From assembly GCA_963748825.1 (NCBI GenBank), contig CAVVKN010000017.1, positions 1 to 59,680 of the forward strand: a stretch of DNA of 59,680 nucleotides, written 5' to 3'. Positions 48,603 through 59,254 of this stretch are shown here, piece after piece (position 1 is the first letter of the stretch; each line of letters starts with the position of its first letter). Position numbers and translations under genes: made by a program. This DNA comes from Methanotrichaceae archaeon. GTDB taxonomy: Archaea; Halobacteriota; Methanosarcinia; Methanotrichales; Methanotrichaceae. The notes below the pieces were generated by a model. It was not told where the DNA came from. It made no database searches and saw only the letters and a list, made by a program, of their open reading frames with translations.

Positions 48603-48667
48603 AGGAACAAGGAACTGAAAGGCGCCGGCAAAGCCGGCCCAATTCTTTCTATAAGAACAAACTTTGG

Positions 48668-49171
48668 GTGGAGCTTATGGCGGATGCGGATACAGATGCA
48701 AAATCAGAAACAAAACCGGAGGCTACAGGCGTGAATGTCGAGGTGCTGATGTTGCAGCTCGCCTCAGCCCAGTGCCTGGCGGAGGAGCGGCTCGACCTCT
48801 TGATGCACTGTCGGGCGGATCTGGACAACGTTATGAAAAGATCGGCCCGCGAGAAGGAAGACAATGTGAAATACGCCTCTCTGAAGCTCGTCTCAAAGCT
48901 TCTTCCCGTGCTCGACAGCCTGGATGTAGCGGCAAAGCACGACGAAGGCAGTAAGGTGCTCTACATGCAGCTGCTCGATATACTGTCGGGGGAGGGGCTC
49001 ATGCCCATCGAGGCCAAGGGCGTGCGGTTTGATCCCTATCGACATGAGGCTCTCTTTCAGGTCACGACAGAGGAGCTGGAAGAAGGCATCGTGGCCGAAG
49101 AGATACAGAAGGGCTACATCTTTAACAATCATGTCATTCGCTTCTCAAAGGTTGCAGTGACGAAAAGATGA
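48668..49171 (+). CDS. grpE: Nucleotide exchange factor GrpE
   Basis: ADLDN..KR, LLPVLDSL, FDPYRHEA, QKGY; upstream of dnaK. Confidence 0.9.
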   Translation: MELMADADTDAKSETKPEATGVNVEVLMLQLASAQCLAEERLDLLMHCRADLDNVMKRSAREKEDNVKYASLKLVSKLLPVLDSLDVAAKHDEGSKVLYMQLLDILSGEGLMPIEAKGVRFDPYRHEALFQVTTEELEEGIVAEEIQKGYIFNNHVIRFSKVAVTKR

Positions 49172-49231
49172 ATGATGATATGCTTAAATATTCACAAGTT
49201 GTGATAACTTTCAATTTCAGGAGATGAGATC

Positions 49232-51097
49232 TTGTCAAAAATTATCGGCATTGACCTTGGGACCAGCAACTCGGCAGCTGCAGTTCTTATCGGCGGCCGA
49301 CCCACCATAATTCCCAGCGCAGAAGGGACAAGCATCGGCGGCAAGGCATTTCCATCCTACGTGGCCTTCACCAAAGAGGGCCAGGTTCTGGTTGGCGAGC
49401 CGGCCAAGAGACAGTCAGTCACCAATCCGGATGGCACCATCACGGGCATCAAACGCAAGATGGGCACGGACTACAAAGTAAAGGTTCATGGAAAGGAGTA
49501 CAGCCCTGAGGATATATCTGCCCAGATCCTGCGCAAGATCAAGACGGATGCAGAGACATACCTGGCTGACACCGTGGATAAAGCCGTAATAACCGTCCCT
49601 GCCTACTTCAATGACAATCAGAGGCAGGCGACCAAGGATGCAGGAACCATAGCCGGCCTGGAGGTAGTTCGCATCATCAATGAGCCCACGGCAGCGGCTC
49701 TGGCCTTTGGCCTGGATAAGGTGGGCGAGCACAAGATCATGGTCTTTGATCTGGGCGGCGGCACACTGGACGTCACCATCATGGAGATAGGCGAGGGTGT
49801 CTTCGAGGTCAGGTCCACATCCGGAGATACTCAACTGGGTGGCAGGGACATGGATGAACGGCTGACCAACTTTGTCCTGGGGAAGTTCAAGCAGGATTCG
49901 GGCATCGACCTGCGTGGCGACTCTATGGCCATGCAGCGCCTGCGAGAAGCAGTTGAAGTGGCCAAGATCGAGCTTTCCAGCGTAATGCAGACCAACCTCA
50001 ATCTGCCCTACATCACGGCGGACGCCAGCGGCCCCAAGCACCTGAGCATGACGCTGGACCGCTCCAAGCTCGATGAACTCATCCAGGACGTCATTGAGCG
50101 TTGCCGTGGTCCCATGACCCAGGCTATAAGAGATTCCAAACTGGAGAAATCGGAGATAGGCAAGATCATATTGGTGGGCGGTCCCACCAGAATGCCTGTG
50201 GTACAGGAGTTCGTAAAGGGCTTCATGGGCAAGGAAATTGAGCGCGGTGTAGACCCAATGGAATGCGTGGCTATGGGGGCAGCCATTCAAGCGGGCGTTT
50301 TGGGTGGCGAGGTCAAGGACTTGCTGCTGCTGGACGTAACACCTCTCTCACTGGGCATTGAGACCTTGGGCGCTGTCGCCACCAGGCTGATTGAGAGGAA
50401 TACCACCATTCCCACGCGAAAGAGCCAGATATTCACCACGGCGGCAGACAATCAGACAAGTGTGGAGGTCAATGTGCTGCAGGGCGAAAGGCCCCTGGCC
50501 AAAGACAACGTCTCTTTGGGAAGGTTTACATTGGTAGGCATTCCGCCCTCTCCACGCGGCATTCCCCAGATAGAGGTCACTTTCGATATTGACGCCAACG
50601 GCATCATTCACGTCTCTGCCAAGGATCTGGCCACCAAGAAGGAACAGAAGATGACCATCACTGCGCCTCACAAACTGAGCAAGGATGATATCGATGCCAA
50701 GATCAAAGACGCTGAGCGTTTCGCTGCTGACGACCTGAAGAGAAAAGAAGAGATCGAGGTCAAGAATGCGGCTGACTCTCTGGTCTACGCCTCGGAGAAG
50801 ATGCTCAAAGAGGCGGGCGACGTGGCCACGGCCGAGCAGAAGGAGAAGATCGAAAAGGCCATTGCCGACCTGAAGAATGCCCAGACGGGTGGCGAGATCT
50901 CCGAGATCAAAGCCAAGACCGAGACACTGCAAAGCTCCATCTATGAGCTGTCGGCAGCCATGTACCAGAAGGCTGCACAGGAGCAGCAGGAAAAACAGCA
51001 AGCTTCGCAGGGGCAGGGCGCGGGTCAAGAGCCTGGTCAGGGGCAGTCAGATCAGACCGTAGATGCCGACTACGAGGTAGTAAACGATAAGAAATAA
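49232..51097 (+). CDS. dnaK: Chaperone DnaK (Hsp70)
   Basis: [45 protein letters not shown]. Confidence 0.98.
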   Translation: MSKIIGIDLGTSNSAAAVLIGGRPTIIPSAEGTSIGGKAFPSYVAFTKEGQVLVGEPAKRQSVTNPDGTITGIKRKMGTDYKVKVHGKEYSPEDISAQILRKIKTDAETYLADTVDKAVITVPAYFNDNQRQATKDAGTIAGLEVVRIINEPTAAALAFGLDKVGEHKIMVFDLGGGTLDVTIMEIGEGVFEVRSTSGDTQLGGRDMDERLTNFVLGKFKQDSGIDLRGDSMAMQRLREAVEVAKIELSSVMQTNLNLPYITADASGPKHLSMTLDRSKLDELIQDVIERCRGPMTQAIRDSKLEKSEIGKIILVGGPTRMPVVQEFVKGFMGKEIERGVDPMECVAMGAAIQAGVLGGEVKDLLLLDVTPLSLGIETLGAVATRLIERNTTIPTRKSQIFTTAADNQTSVEVNVLQGERPLAKDNVSLGRFTLVGIPPSPRGIPQIEVTFDIDANGIIHVSAKDLATKKEQKMTITAPHKLSKDDIDAKIKDAERFAADDLKRKEEIEVKNAADSLVYASEKMLKEAGDVATAEQKEKIEKAIADLKNAQTGGEISEIKAKTETLQSSIYELSAAMYQKAAQEQQEKQQASQGQGAGQEPGQGQSDQTVDADYEVVNDKK

Positions 51098-51108
51098 GGA
51101 ACTAAAAA

Positions 51109-52278
51109 ATGCCGGAGAAGAAGGACTACTACGAGGTCTTGGGAGTACCCAAGGATTCAAGCGAGAAGGACCTCAAGGGAGCATACCGCAAGCTCGCCAT
51201 GAAGTACCATCCCGACAGATCGGAAGAGCCCGATGCTGAGGAGAAGTTCAAGGAGCTATCCGAGGCCTATGCAGTCCTCTCCGATCCTGAAAAGCGCCAG
51301 AAGTACGATCAGTTCGGCCATGCTGGAATCAACAGCCAGTACTCGCAAGAGGACCTGTTCCGCGGGGTGAACTTCGAGGATCTGCTGCGCGGCTTCGGCT
51401 TTGGCGGGGGCGGAGGAAGAGGCGGCGGCGAGAGCATATTTGATATGTTCTTTGGAGGAGGCGGACGCGGCCGCCCTGCCCATGGCCGGGATCTGCGCTA
51501 CGATATCCAGCTAACCCTCGAGCAGGCGGCCACTGGTCTGGAGCCGACCATTGAGGTGCCGCGCACGGAGAACTGCACCACCTGTCACGGCAGCGGGTCC
51601 AAGCCTGGAACCAGTCCCACCGTCTGCAGTAACTGCCGGGGCACTGGTCAGATCACCCGTGCCCAGAATACACCATTCGGGCAGATGGTCACCTCTTCGG
51701 CCTGCCCCAAATGCGGCGGACGGGGGCAGATCATCGTCTCCCCCTGCGGGGATTGCGCCGGTTCGGGAAGGGTACGAAATAACCGCAAAATCAACATCAA
51801 GATCCCGCCGGGCGTGGAGGACGGCCAGCACCTCAAGCTGCGCGGCCAGGGAGATGCAGCCGGGCCGGGAGGGGAAAGCGGAGACCTTTACGTGGTCATA
51901 AACGTCCGGCCTCACCCCAAGTTCCAGCGCGTGGACAGTGACCTGCTTTTGGAGACGCCCATCAGCTTCACTCAGGCGGCGCTGGGCGCAGAGCTGGAGG
52001 TCCCTACTCTGGGTGGGCGGGCCAAGATAAAGGTACCAGCAGGAACGCAGACGGGAACCGTCTTCAGGCTGAGGGGAAAGGGCATGCCCAGGCTGCAGGG
52101 CATTGGCTCGGGCGATTTGCATGTCAAGGTAAAGATCAAGACACCCTCGTCCCTGACGGAGCGGCAAAAGCAGCTCTTGGAAGCATTGGCCACGGAGTTT
52201 GGCGAGAAGAAGCAGACGGGGAAGGAGAAGAGCCTCATCGACAAAATCGTGGATGAGGTGAAGAGCGCGGTGCAATAG
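51109..52278 (+). CDS. dnaJ: Chaperone DnaJ
   Basis: J domain with HPD, G/F region, four CxxCxGxG repeats. Confidence 0.98.
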   Translation: MPEKKDYYEVLGVPKDSSEKDLKGAYRKLAMKYHPDRSEEPDAEEKFKELSEAYAVLSDPEKRQKYDQFGHAGINSQYSQEDLFRGVNFEDLLRGFGFGGGGGRGGGESIFDMFFGGGGRGRPAHGRDLRYDIQLTLEQAATGLEPTIEVPRTENCTTCHGSGSKPGTSPTVCSNCRGTGQITRAQNTPFGQMVTSSACPKCGGRGQIIVSPCGDCAGSGRVRNNRKINIKIPPGVEDGQHLKLRGQGDAAGPGGESGDLYVVINVRPHPKFQRVDSDLLLETPISFTQAALGAELEVPTLGGRAKIKVPAGTQTGTVFRLRGKGMPRLQGIGSGDLHVKVKIKTPSSLTERQKQLLEALATEFGEKKQTGKEKSLIDKIVDEVKSAVQ

Positions 52279-52397
52279 TAAGTCTTTTTTTCTCTTTTTT
52301 ATGGGCTTTTTCCTAGGTTTCATTCAATCCTAAATCTTTATAAGTAAAGAAGTTACTGATTAATATAGATGGATAAGAGTGCTAGGATGTGTTTGCC

Positions 52398-52778
52398 ATG
52401 AGAACTAAATTGTTAGTCATTGGGATTTGCCTGTTATCGTTGGCCATTCCAGGATTCGCCACCCTTCCGAACGACGCACAAACAATAGAGCTGGACCAGA
52501 ACGTGGTGGGCTTAGCCCCAGGGGCCTATTATAAGATAGAGATTTCCACACCAGGAACTCTGGCGGTTGTCCTGGAGGAAGTACCAGCTGAAATGCTGAC
52601 CAGGATCGCCATCATAAATGAGGCTGGCACCTGGCTTGCTAGCGAAGACACGACAAGCCCTGGACAAAAGATCACGGTAGAGGCCAACGCAAACGCTCCT
52701 GGGTGGTATTACATCGCGGTATTGGAGTTAAATGGAAAGACTCACGCGGATCCTTATGCATTCCGGGTTGTCATGTAG
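52398..52778 (+). CDS. Small secreted beta-sandwich (PPC-like) protein
   Basis: Signal peptide; YYKIEI..PG.L..PGWYYIAV. Confidence 0.7.
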   Translation: MRTKLLVIGICLLSLAIPGFATLPNDAQTIELDQNVVGLAPGAYYKIEISTPGTLAVVLEEVPAEMLTRIAIINEAGTWLASEDTTSPGQKITVEANANAPGWYYIAVLELNGKTHADPYAFRVVM

Positions 52779-53187
52779 TGGTTGCTGGTCATGGCTGGTC
52801 TCCTCTGCAATATACAGGGATCTTAAATTTGAAGTTGGAGAGTAGATTTCCGAACGTTAGTGCACCTTCAGTGGTCACTAACTGCTCCTTGCTCCTCGTT
52901 TAGCTCTGGAGCCAAAGCTTCTCTACTCCAGCCTCCTGGGCCATCTTCATGAGTACGCTTCCTAGCGTGCTCTTTGCTCCCGGCGGATCGTTCACAATGA
53001 TCAGGAAGTATTTGTGGTTCTCCTCCAGGACGGTCATGGACTAGAGAGGTTAAGCCGAGCAGTATCTCCATTACCGTAAACCTCCGATGCAGCCGACTCA
53101 GGATGCCTGAGCGGTTGCCAGTGACAGAAATATCTTAATATAATACGAAATCATATATCTAAATGCGAAATCAAATGAGAAATTGTA

Positions 53188-53820
53188 ATGGCTGAACCTA
53201 TCGATGCAATACGTGCGATTCACAATGCGTTTCGGAATGACTTGGAGCGTATCGATGTTGCCGCGTTGGACTATGCAAGGGGAAAAGAGGGTCTTGCCGC
53301 CACCATCGAGCGTTTCCGATTCTTTAACGAAGTATTGGTCTGGCACGCCCACTGAGAAGAATTAGCTATCTTCCCCGTGCTAGAGAATGTCGCTCCCCTG
53401 GTTGCGGAAGCCTATGTGAAAGACCATCGCGGTTTGGATTTTGCATATGACACATTGAGTAAATCGTATTCTGCACACGACCCTTTGCAGACTGCCCGTG
53501 CCACCGCAGCGTTCCGTTTTCATCTCAATATCCACCTGGATAAGGAAGACACACACCTCTACCGGATTTTCAAGGAACGAGTCTCTCTGCCCGATCAAGG
53601 GAAGGCGCTTGGTATCATGTCCCGCACGGTTCCTCAGGAACGGTTCCCCGAATTGGTGGCGTGGATGTTCCCGCTGATGGGACATGATGATCGTGAGAAC
53701 ATGATCCGTATCTGGCAGATGGTGATGCCTGCACCTGTCTTTGCCGGAGTAAAAGAACTCATCAAAAAGGCCATCGGCAGCGACTGGACCGAACTCACGC
53801 GCCGCATCCCAACATTATAG
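53188..53820 (+). pseudogene. Hemerythrin/HHE-domain protein with in-frame TGA at 53353-53355
   Basis: IHNAFRNDL..WHAH*EELAIFP..DH..HLDKED..; frame continuous through the stop. Confidence 0.8.
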
Positions 53821-53921
53821 AAACAAATGCAATTCGATTAGCCGCCAAGAAAAAGGAAATACCCGCACCACTTTTTGCGACGCAGATTTAGCGTAGCCCG
53901 TAGCGTGGCAGAGGCAGCAGA

Positions 53922-55654
53922 TCAAAAACCTCCCAGCCCCCACTTCTTCCTGAACTGGAGCTTCTGTTGGCGATTCATCCAATGGCTGCCGTCACAGTAA
54001 GGCTTGTTTTCTGACTTTCCACAGCGACAGAGGGTTACCCTGTTGCGGGATTCGTACATGCTGCCATCTGCTGATTCAATAGGAACACCGCCGCGAACCC
54101 AGATAGGGCCTTCACAACCTTTTTGCGTATCGTGTACCAGCACCAAAGATGGTTCAAATTCCTTCTCAAAGGATTTGCCTGTTTTCATATCCCACAGCAC
54201 CAGCCGTCCCGAGGGGCAGATCATGGCCTCTTCAATGGCAGATTGTCGGGCTTCTGGATCGTCTGATTTTTGTATGAGATTCCTTATCCCACCCGCCCGT
54301 AGACAGAAACGGGAGTGGTCGCAAAATTCATGGACATCGGTCAGTTTTAGTTCATGACCTTCGAATGTCTCCGCTTTTTCCAGGTAGAGTTTTCTGCTGG
54401 CTGTTTCACTGCCATCAAAACCGATCTTCCGGTGGGTCCCATCACAGAATGGCTTATTTTTAGATGCACCGCAACGGCACAGGATATAGGTCTCCTGCAG
54501 AGGGTATTCTTTCTCATCAATTAATTCCCGTGTGTGGCCCGCTTCGTCAGTTACTATTATCTGTTCGTGCAGAGGTAATCCACCAGTAACTCGATATGGG
54601 CCGTCATGTGGATACGACAAACTTCTCGATGTTTGGAAAGTATGAAGGTGATGCTCCAGATGGAACAGATTCAATTAAAATTACTTTTGGCCATGCCAAA
54701 GATAACCGAATGGACCTTAAGCGTTTCGTTCTGGGAATGGTCGTGAATCAACATGGAGTTCCTCTTTTTATGCAGTCGTTCTCCGGAAACAAATCTGATA
54801 AAAAAAGTTTGCCAGAGATGATCCAGAGACTGAGAGAGTCCATTTCCTTCGATGATTCAAATTATTGGGTCGCAGATAGCGCTATTTATTCTGAAGAAAA
54901 TCTCAAGCTACTGGGAAAAGATCTACATTGGATCACTCGTATTCCTGAAACTGTAGGGGCAGCAAAGGCTTTGATCTCAGCAGAACTGGAAATGACACCT
55001 GCAACGGATCCACGCTATGCGTTCCATACTACATATCTGAATTATGGAGGCATTCCTCAGAAAGCTGCGGTTTTCTGGTCCCAGGAGATGCAGGCGCAAA
55101 AGGAGAAGACCTTTGATAAAAACCTTCAAAAAAAGATGGGTGATGCCCAGAAAGATCTCAATTCTCTGAAACGTCAACGGTACGCTTGTGAACCAGATGC
55201 CATAGCCGCGGCAAAGAAATGGGTTTCGGATCATCCTCTTTTCAAGCTTAAAGACCTGGTGGCCTCTTCTATTTTAGAGCGTGCAGAAAAAAAAGAGGGG
55301 TAGGCCGAAGAAGGATGAAGCGCGAATTTATCAGTATGCGATTGAAGCTGATCTCGAAATTGATCAAGAATCTGTAATCCGAGAACGCCAAAAATTGGGC
55401 AGGTTCGTACTCGCGAGCAATGACTTGGATCTAGATTCTGAAACCATGCTGAACTATTACAAAGGGCAGCAAGCGGTAGAGAGAGGCTTCCGCTTCTTGA
55501 AAGACAAAAGTTTCCACGCATCAGAATTTTTTCTTAAGAAAGAAGAACGTATCGAGGCCTTGGCAATGATTATGGTCCTTTGCCTATTGATTTATTCGTA
55601 TGCAGAGTGGAATTTGATTATCTTAATTCGCATTTCTTTTATTTTGGTTGCCAT
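53922..55654 (-). pseudogene. Double CDGSH iron-sulfur protein interrupted by a 1007-bp insert (parts 55613-55654 and 53922-54605)
   Basis: MATKIKEMRIKIIK (ATG 55654, GAGGGG RBS) joins in frame to DGPYRVTGG; two LCRCGxSxNKPxCDGxH motifs. Confidence 0.85.
54606..55612 (+). mobile_element. Internal fragment of IS1634-family DDE transposase, frameshifted at A8 run (55287-55294), both ends missing
   Basis: HVDTTNFS, ITFGHAKD.R.DLKRF, GNKSDK, VADSAIYS, WITRIP, RGRP, GRFVLASN, YKGQQAVERGFRFLK, RIEALAMIM. Confidence 0.88.
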
Positions 55655-55796
55655 AGTTCCCCTCTTGATTATTTCCTCCACATCAGCATGACGGGCAGGG
55701 AAGACCTGCGCGCCTGGCCTGGGGGCCGAGGATGGACGGCAGTCTTCTATCTGCCGGATGCCTTTGCCACCGTTTGACCCTTCGCAAGTGTCCGAT

Positions 55797-56233
55797 CACA
55801 CATCTTCCTGAAAAGTGGCAAACTCGATTTCCACATATGGGCTATTCGCTTCAAAAGAGGTCTTCAGAAGCCCCCCAGATAGCGCCAGGTTCCTTTCAAA
55901 GAACCTGTTGGACTGGCTCAGAAGATGGCAAGTGCACTTTGCCCCTTCCCGTGATGCGCACCGTCATCCAATCGTCGTTCAAGACTGTGAAGATTTCAAT
56001 CTTCCTCATTCTCGCTCCTGCGAAACGCTCCAGCATATCGATCAATACATCGGCAAAGCGCTCTTGGTCCATGCGCGCGAGAGCCTTCCTGGAGCCTGGC
56101 CAAAAGGCCAGGTCTACGTCTTCGAATATGTCTACATTGGCGATGCGAGCCTTTAGTGCCAACCGGAAGTCTTCAACGCTTTCCGCCTGCATAATCGCCT
56201 CATCTTCATAGGGGTAAATTCGATTGTTACCAT
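55797..56233 (-). pseudogene. Frameshifted fragment resembling a degenerate HATPase-like C-terminal domain
   Basis: ARMDQERFADVLIDML..IEIF..MTVRITG, shifted FFERNLALSGG..VEIEF. Confidence 0.35.
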
Positions 56234-56291
56234 GTTATGCATGAATTTGAGCGGCAAAAGTATTTCAACGAGGTATGTCTTTCGCAATAAC

Positions 56292-56819
56292 GTGATAGAC
56301 TTGAAAAACTGGAATGTGCTAATGATAGTAATCTTGCTGCTGACTGCGACGTTTTTCGTAATGCAGTTGGCTTTGGCAAAAGAAGAATCGATGGGCTTGG
56401 CAAAAGAAGAATCGATAATCACCTCATCCAACAAGACAGAACTCGTTTCATTTGTTGAGTCCGCTGTGGCCTATGCCCAAGAGAACGGCAAAGATAAAGC
56501 ACTCGATGAGTTCAGCAATAAAACCGGCTCATTTGTCCGTGGAGATCTCTACATCTATGCCTATGACTTCAATGGAACTAACATTGCACATCCATTCAAA
56601 CCCGATTGGATAAGCAAGAATAAGTTGAGCGAGACTGATTCCAATGGCGTTCCATACATCAGGAACCTGATAAACGTCGCCAAGGAAGGGAAAGGTTTTA
56701 CGTACTTCATCTTCCCGAACCCCGCTCACGGTAACAGAGATGAGTTCAAGATAGGCTACGTGATGAAAGTGGATGACAATTGGTGGCTGGGATCTGGAAT
56801 CTACATATCATGTTCGTGA
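56292..56819 (+). CDS. Exported single Cache-domain protein (start uncertain)
   Basis: AVAYAQENGKDKALDEF, GDLYIYAYDFNG..AHP, DSNG, GKGF..Y, K.GYV..VD..W.LGSGIY. Confidence 0.85.
   Translation: MIDLKNWNVLMIVILLLTATFFVMQLALAKEESMGLAKEESIITSSNKTELVSFVESAVAYAQENGKDKALDEFSNKTGSFVRGDLYIYAYDFNGTNIAHPFKPDWISKNKLSETDSNGVPYIRNLINVAKEGKGFTYFIFPNPAHGNRDEFKIGYVMKVDDNWWLGSGIYISCS
56373..56416 (+). repeat. In-frame 24-bp tandem duplication
   Basis: TTGGCAAAAGAAGAATCGAT at 56373 and 56397 (LAKEES twice). Confidence 0.9.
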
Positions 56820-56998
56820 AAGGTTAGCCGGTATTTTATCTGATAAATGATTTGTTTGCGGCTGGCTGCGTGGAAAGCAGCTGGCCAGCAGATAGAGTTG
56901 CCCTCTGGGCCGTGCTCTGCCAAGACCTTATCCACATCAAATAACTCATACTCGCTAGCAGACCAAGAGGTATTAATAATCTCGACGAAGAACTATTG

Positions 56999-57433
56999 AT
57001 GATGAAGACAATTATAATTCTTGTAAGCCTCTTCGCGGCCATTTCTCTAGCCGCTGCCTATACTCCTGAGCAACAGGTCACTGTCGACGGCGTACGCCTG
57101 TCCTTCCAACTCGGTCAGGCATACGACAAGGCCATCCAGGGCCAGGATGTCCCGGCCTTCAATTCCCTGGTCGAACAGTGGAATGCATGGGTCGCTAAGA
57201 ACTTTGGAAACGACACTGCTTTGCTCATGGCAAAGATTACCGCGCCGATCAATTTGCAGAAGCCCTATGTCGCTGCCAACAATACCACAAGCAAGGGCAT
57301 AGCCCATCAGATTGATAGTGAGGCACAATATGCCACCAACGACGCTAATCTACTCTCTGACGTTGCCATATCAAAATACGCCGCGTCGGAGCAAGGAAAG
57401 GCCATAGGCTCTGACTTCCTGGGAGGGGTCTGA
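56999..57433 (+). CDS. Hypothetical secreted protein
   Basis: Signal peptide MKTIIILVSLFAAISLAAA; clean ORF. Confidence 0.7.
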   Translation: MMKTIIILVSLFAAISLAAAYTPEQQVTVDGVRLSFQLGQAYDKAIQGQDVPAFNSLVEQWNAWVAKNFGNDTALLMAKITAPINLQKPYVAANNTTSKGIAHQIDSEAQYATNDANLLSDVAISKYAASEQGKAIGSDFLGGV

Positions 57434-57544
57434 GCCATAGAATAATGGTCATTTTTTTAATTTGGCGTGGTCTTCCTTCTTCGGCTTTGCACCGAAGAAT
57501 TTTCTATGACATTTTGGAATTATCAATATCAAATATGATGCCAT

Positions 57545-57657
57545 GACTGAAATGGCCTCCTGGCCGAGGGCGACAGGACGCGGCGTCCGCCGGGAAGATG
57601 GATGCTGAGGCTGCCCAGGCAGGAGGCCCAGGGCGAGGAAGGCTGAGGTGCTTGGAG
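57545..57657 (+). pseudogene. Remnant of small basic repeat-family protein
   Basis: MASW..GDRTR..KMDAEAA..KAEVLG; DNA similar to 59147-59207. Confidence 0.55.
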
Positions 57658-57832
57658 CCCCCCCTCGTAGATGCAGATCCTCTGCCTCTTGAATAGTATC
57701 GAATCTTCTTGGACCAGCTTACAACAATACTAATCAATATTAAGTAAAATAGTTTCGATAGGATCTGACCAACATTATAGTCAGATCTACACGTAATCGT
57801 CTATATGATTACTGAAGAGTGTACTATGATCT

Positions 57833-58117
57833 ATGAGATGGGTTACGAAATATCTGCTCGCAATCATGGCTGCTTGCATCCTAATGGCCTTCATTAACAC
57901 GGCCTCAGCCATAGGTGAAGATATTTCGGATTTGAAAAACCTTATCTCGGGCAACGAAGATACGCGCATGAATTCCCTGGATCTGGCGTTCTTCCTTGCT
58001 ACTCATAATTACAACGCTGTGCCAATGGATGGCTATGTGGAGCTGAATCTGAACGACATAATCTACAAACTCAGCCCCAACAGCGAAAAACCAGGATTAT
58101 GTGACATAGAATCTTGA
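57833..58117 (+). CDS. Hypothetical secreted protein
   Basis: Signal peptide; DLAFFLATHNYNA motif. Confidence 0.65.
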   Translation: MRWVTKYLLAIMAACILMAFINTASAIGEDISDLKNLISGNEDTRMNSLDLAFFLATHNYNAVPMDGYVELNLNDIIYKLSPNSEKPGLCDIES

Positions 58118-58141
58118 ACTGACTATTGGGAGATATACATA

Positions 58142-58420
58142 ATGTCATCAAAAAGAAGGACTAACGACTTAATTGTATCGCAAATTTTAAAACTATGCGT
58201 GCCTGGTGCGAGCAAAACAAGGGTTGTGTATCAAGCCAATCTGAACTTCTTGACGGTAAATCCATATTTGAACAATTTAATAAAAAATGAATGCATTGAA
58301 GCAATCCATGAGGGCTCCAGGGTTGTTTATAAAACTACTCCAAAAGGGATGGATCTGAAAGAGAGATTTGAGCAGTTTCAGAGTGCGATAGGCGAGCTCT
58401 ATACTGTGTCTGAAGCCTAA
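58142..58420 (+). CDS. Archaeal winged-helix transcriptional regulator
   Basis: KRR..LIV.QILK..GASKTRVVYQANLNF..YL..YKTTPKG. Confidence 0.88.
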   Translation: MSSKRRTNDLIVSQILKLCVPGASKTRVVYQANLNFLTVNPYLNNLIKNECIEAIHEGSRVVYKTTPKGMDLKERFEQFQSAIGELYTVSEA

Positions 58421-58739
58421 GACCATATGGAGCGAGAGGGTGCTGGTATATTCGCGGTAACCAGCAGTTCTTAAGCTCCAATCCAAATCCAAACCCTCCT
58501 TCTTTTCCACCAGCAACTTCCTGTAATACACGGCACGAAACTTTGTCGCCGTCCTCTCCGACTCTATCTCCCACCGGCCGGCATCTTTCACTACGTAGCC
58601 ATCTCAATCCCTGGTGGAAGAGGATTTCCTGCATCTATGTGAGCCCTGCATCCCCCCACCTCGCTGGCCGGGCACCGAAGATCTCCGCCAGTATCCCTTG
58701 GCCGCCACCGAGCTCCTGGGCCTGCTGCCGACCGCCCGC

Positions 58740-59210
58740 ATGGCCTCGCAGAGTTTTGCTCTCTCCAGCGCCTCCTTCCGTCTCACCTTCTTGTCGCTCT
58801 CCAGGTACACGCTGCGCATCTTGCCCACTGTGCACGGGGCCTTGCGGGTGGGTAGCGAGCCCGGGTCCCGCACGAGTACGGACGGGCACGCATAAGTGAG
58901 AAGGATCGAGCCGGGGATGAATACCGGTGTGGATCTGGCGCCAGGAGTACGAGATGGCGAAGAGGCGGATATGCAGCCCTGGCGCAGGCCGTCGGCCCTC
59001 AAGATCCAGGTCAGGCTGGAGACCCTGACAGTGTGGGAGAAAGGAGACTGTCAAGGAGAAACCGGAAGAATTCCAAGATCCATGCTACAAGATGTCCTCT
59101 GGCACGAAGGAGATTAGACGCGCAATGCGCACACGGGGTGAGCCAGAAAGATGGATGCCCAGGCAGCGCTGTAGAAGGACAGGTAGATGAAGGCTGAGGC
59201 TCTGGCAAAT
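58740..59210. pseudogene. Two back-to-back remnants of the small basic repeat-family protein
   Basis: Minus 58740-58850 GKMRSVYLESDKKVRRKEALERAK; plus 58995-59210 VRLETLTVWEK..EGD*TRNAH..ARKMDAQAAL*K..MKAEAL. Confidence 0.55.
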
Positions 59211-59254
59211 CTTCCAACAGATGTATTAATCAGAACTATTGATTAGATCCAATC

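Noticed and set aside
49415-52323. Long antisense ORFs opposite dnaK/dnaJ, and similar ones over pycA, rfcL and ths
   Set aside because: Shadow frames of GC-rich, strongly conserved genes with no motifs.
52790-53071. Possible small gene between the PPC-like and hemerythrin genes
   Set aside because: Short or stop-interrupted frames with no recognisable family.
53353-53355. Selenocysteine recoding of the hemerythrin TGA
   Set aside because: Position is a spacer of the HxxxE motif (likely GGA to TGA), not a Cys site; no SECIS seen; neighbours are also decayed.
55287-55294. Programmed frameshift in the IS1634 transposase
   Set aside because: The fragment lacks both ends and a start; a homopolymer indel is the simpler explanation.
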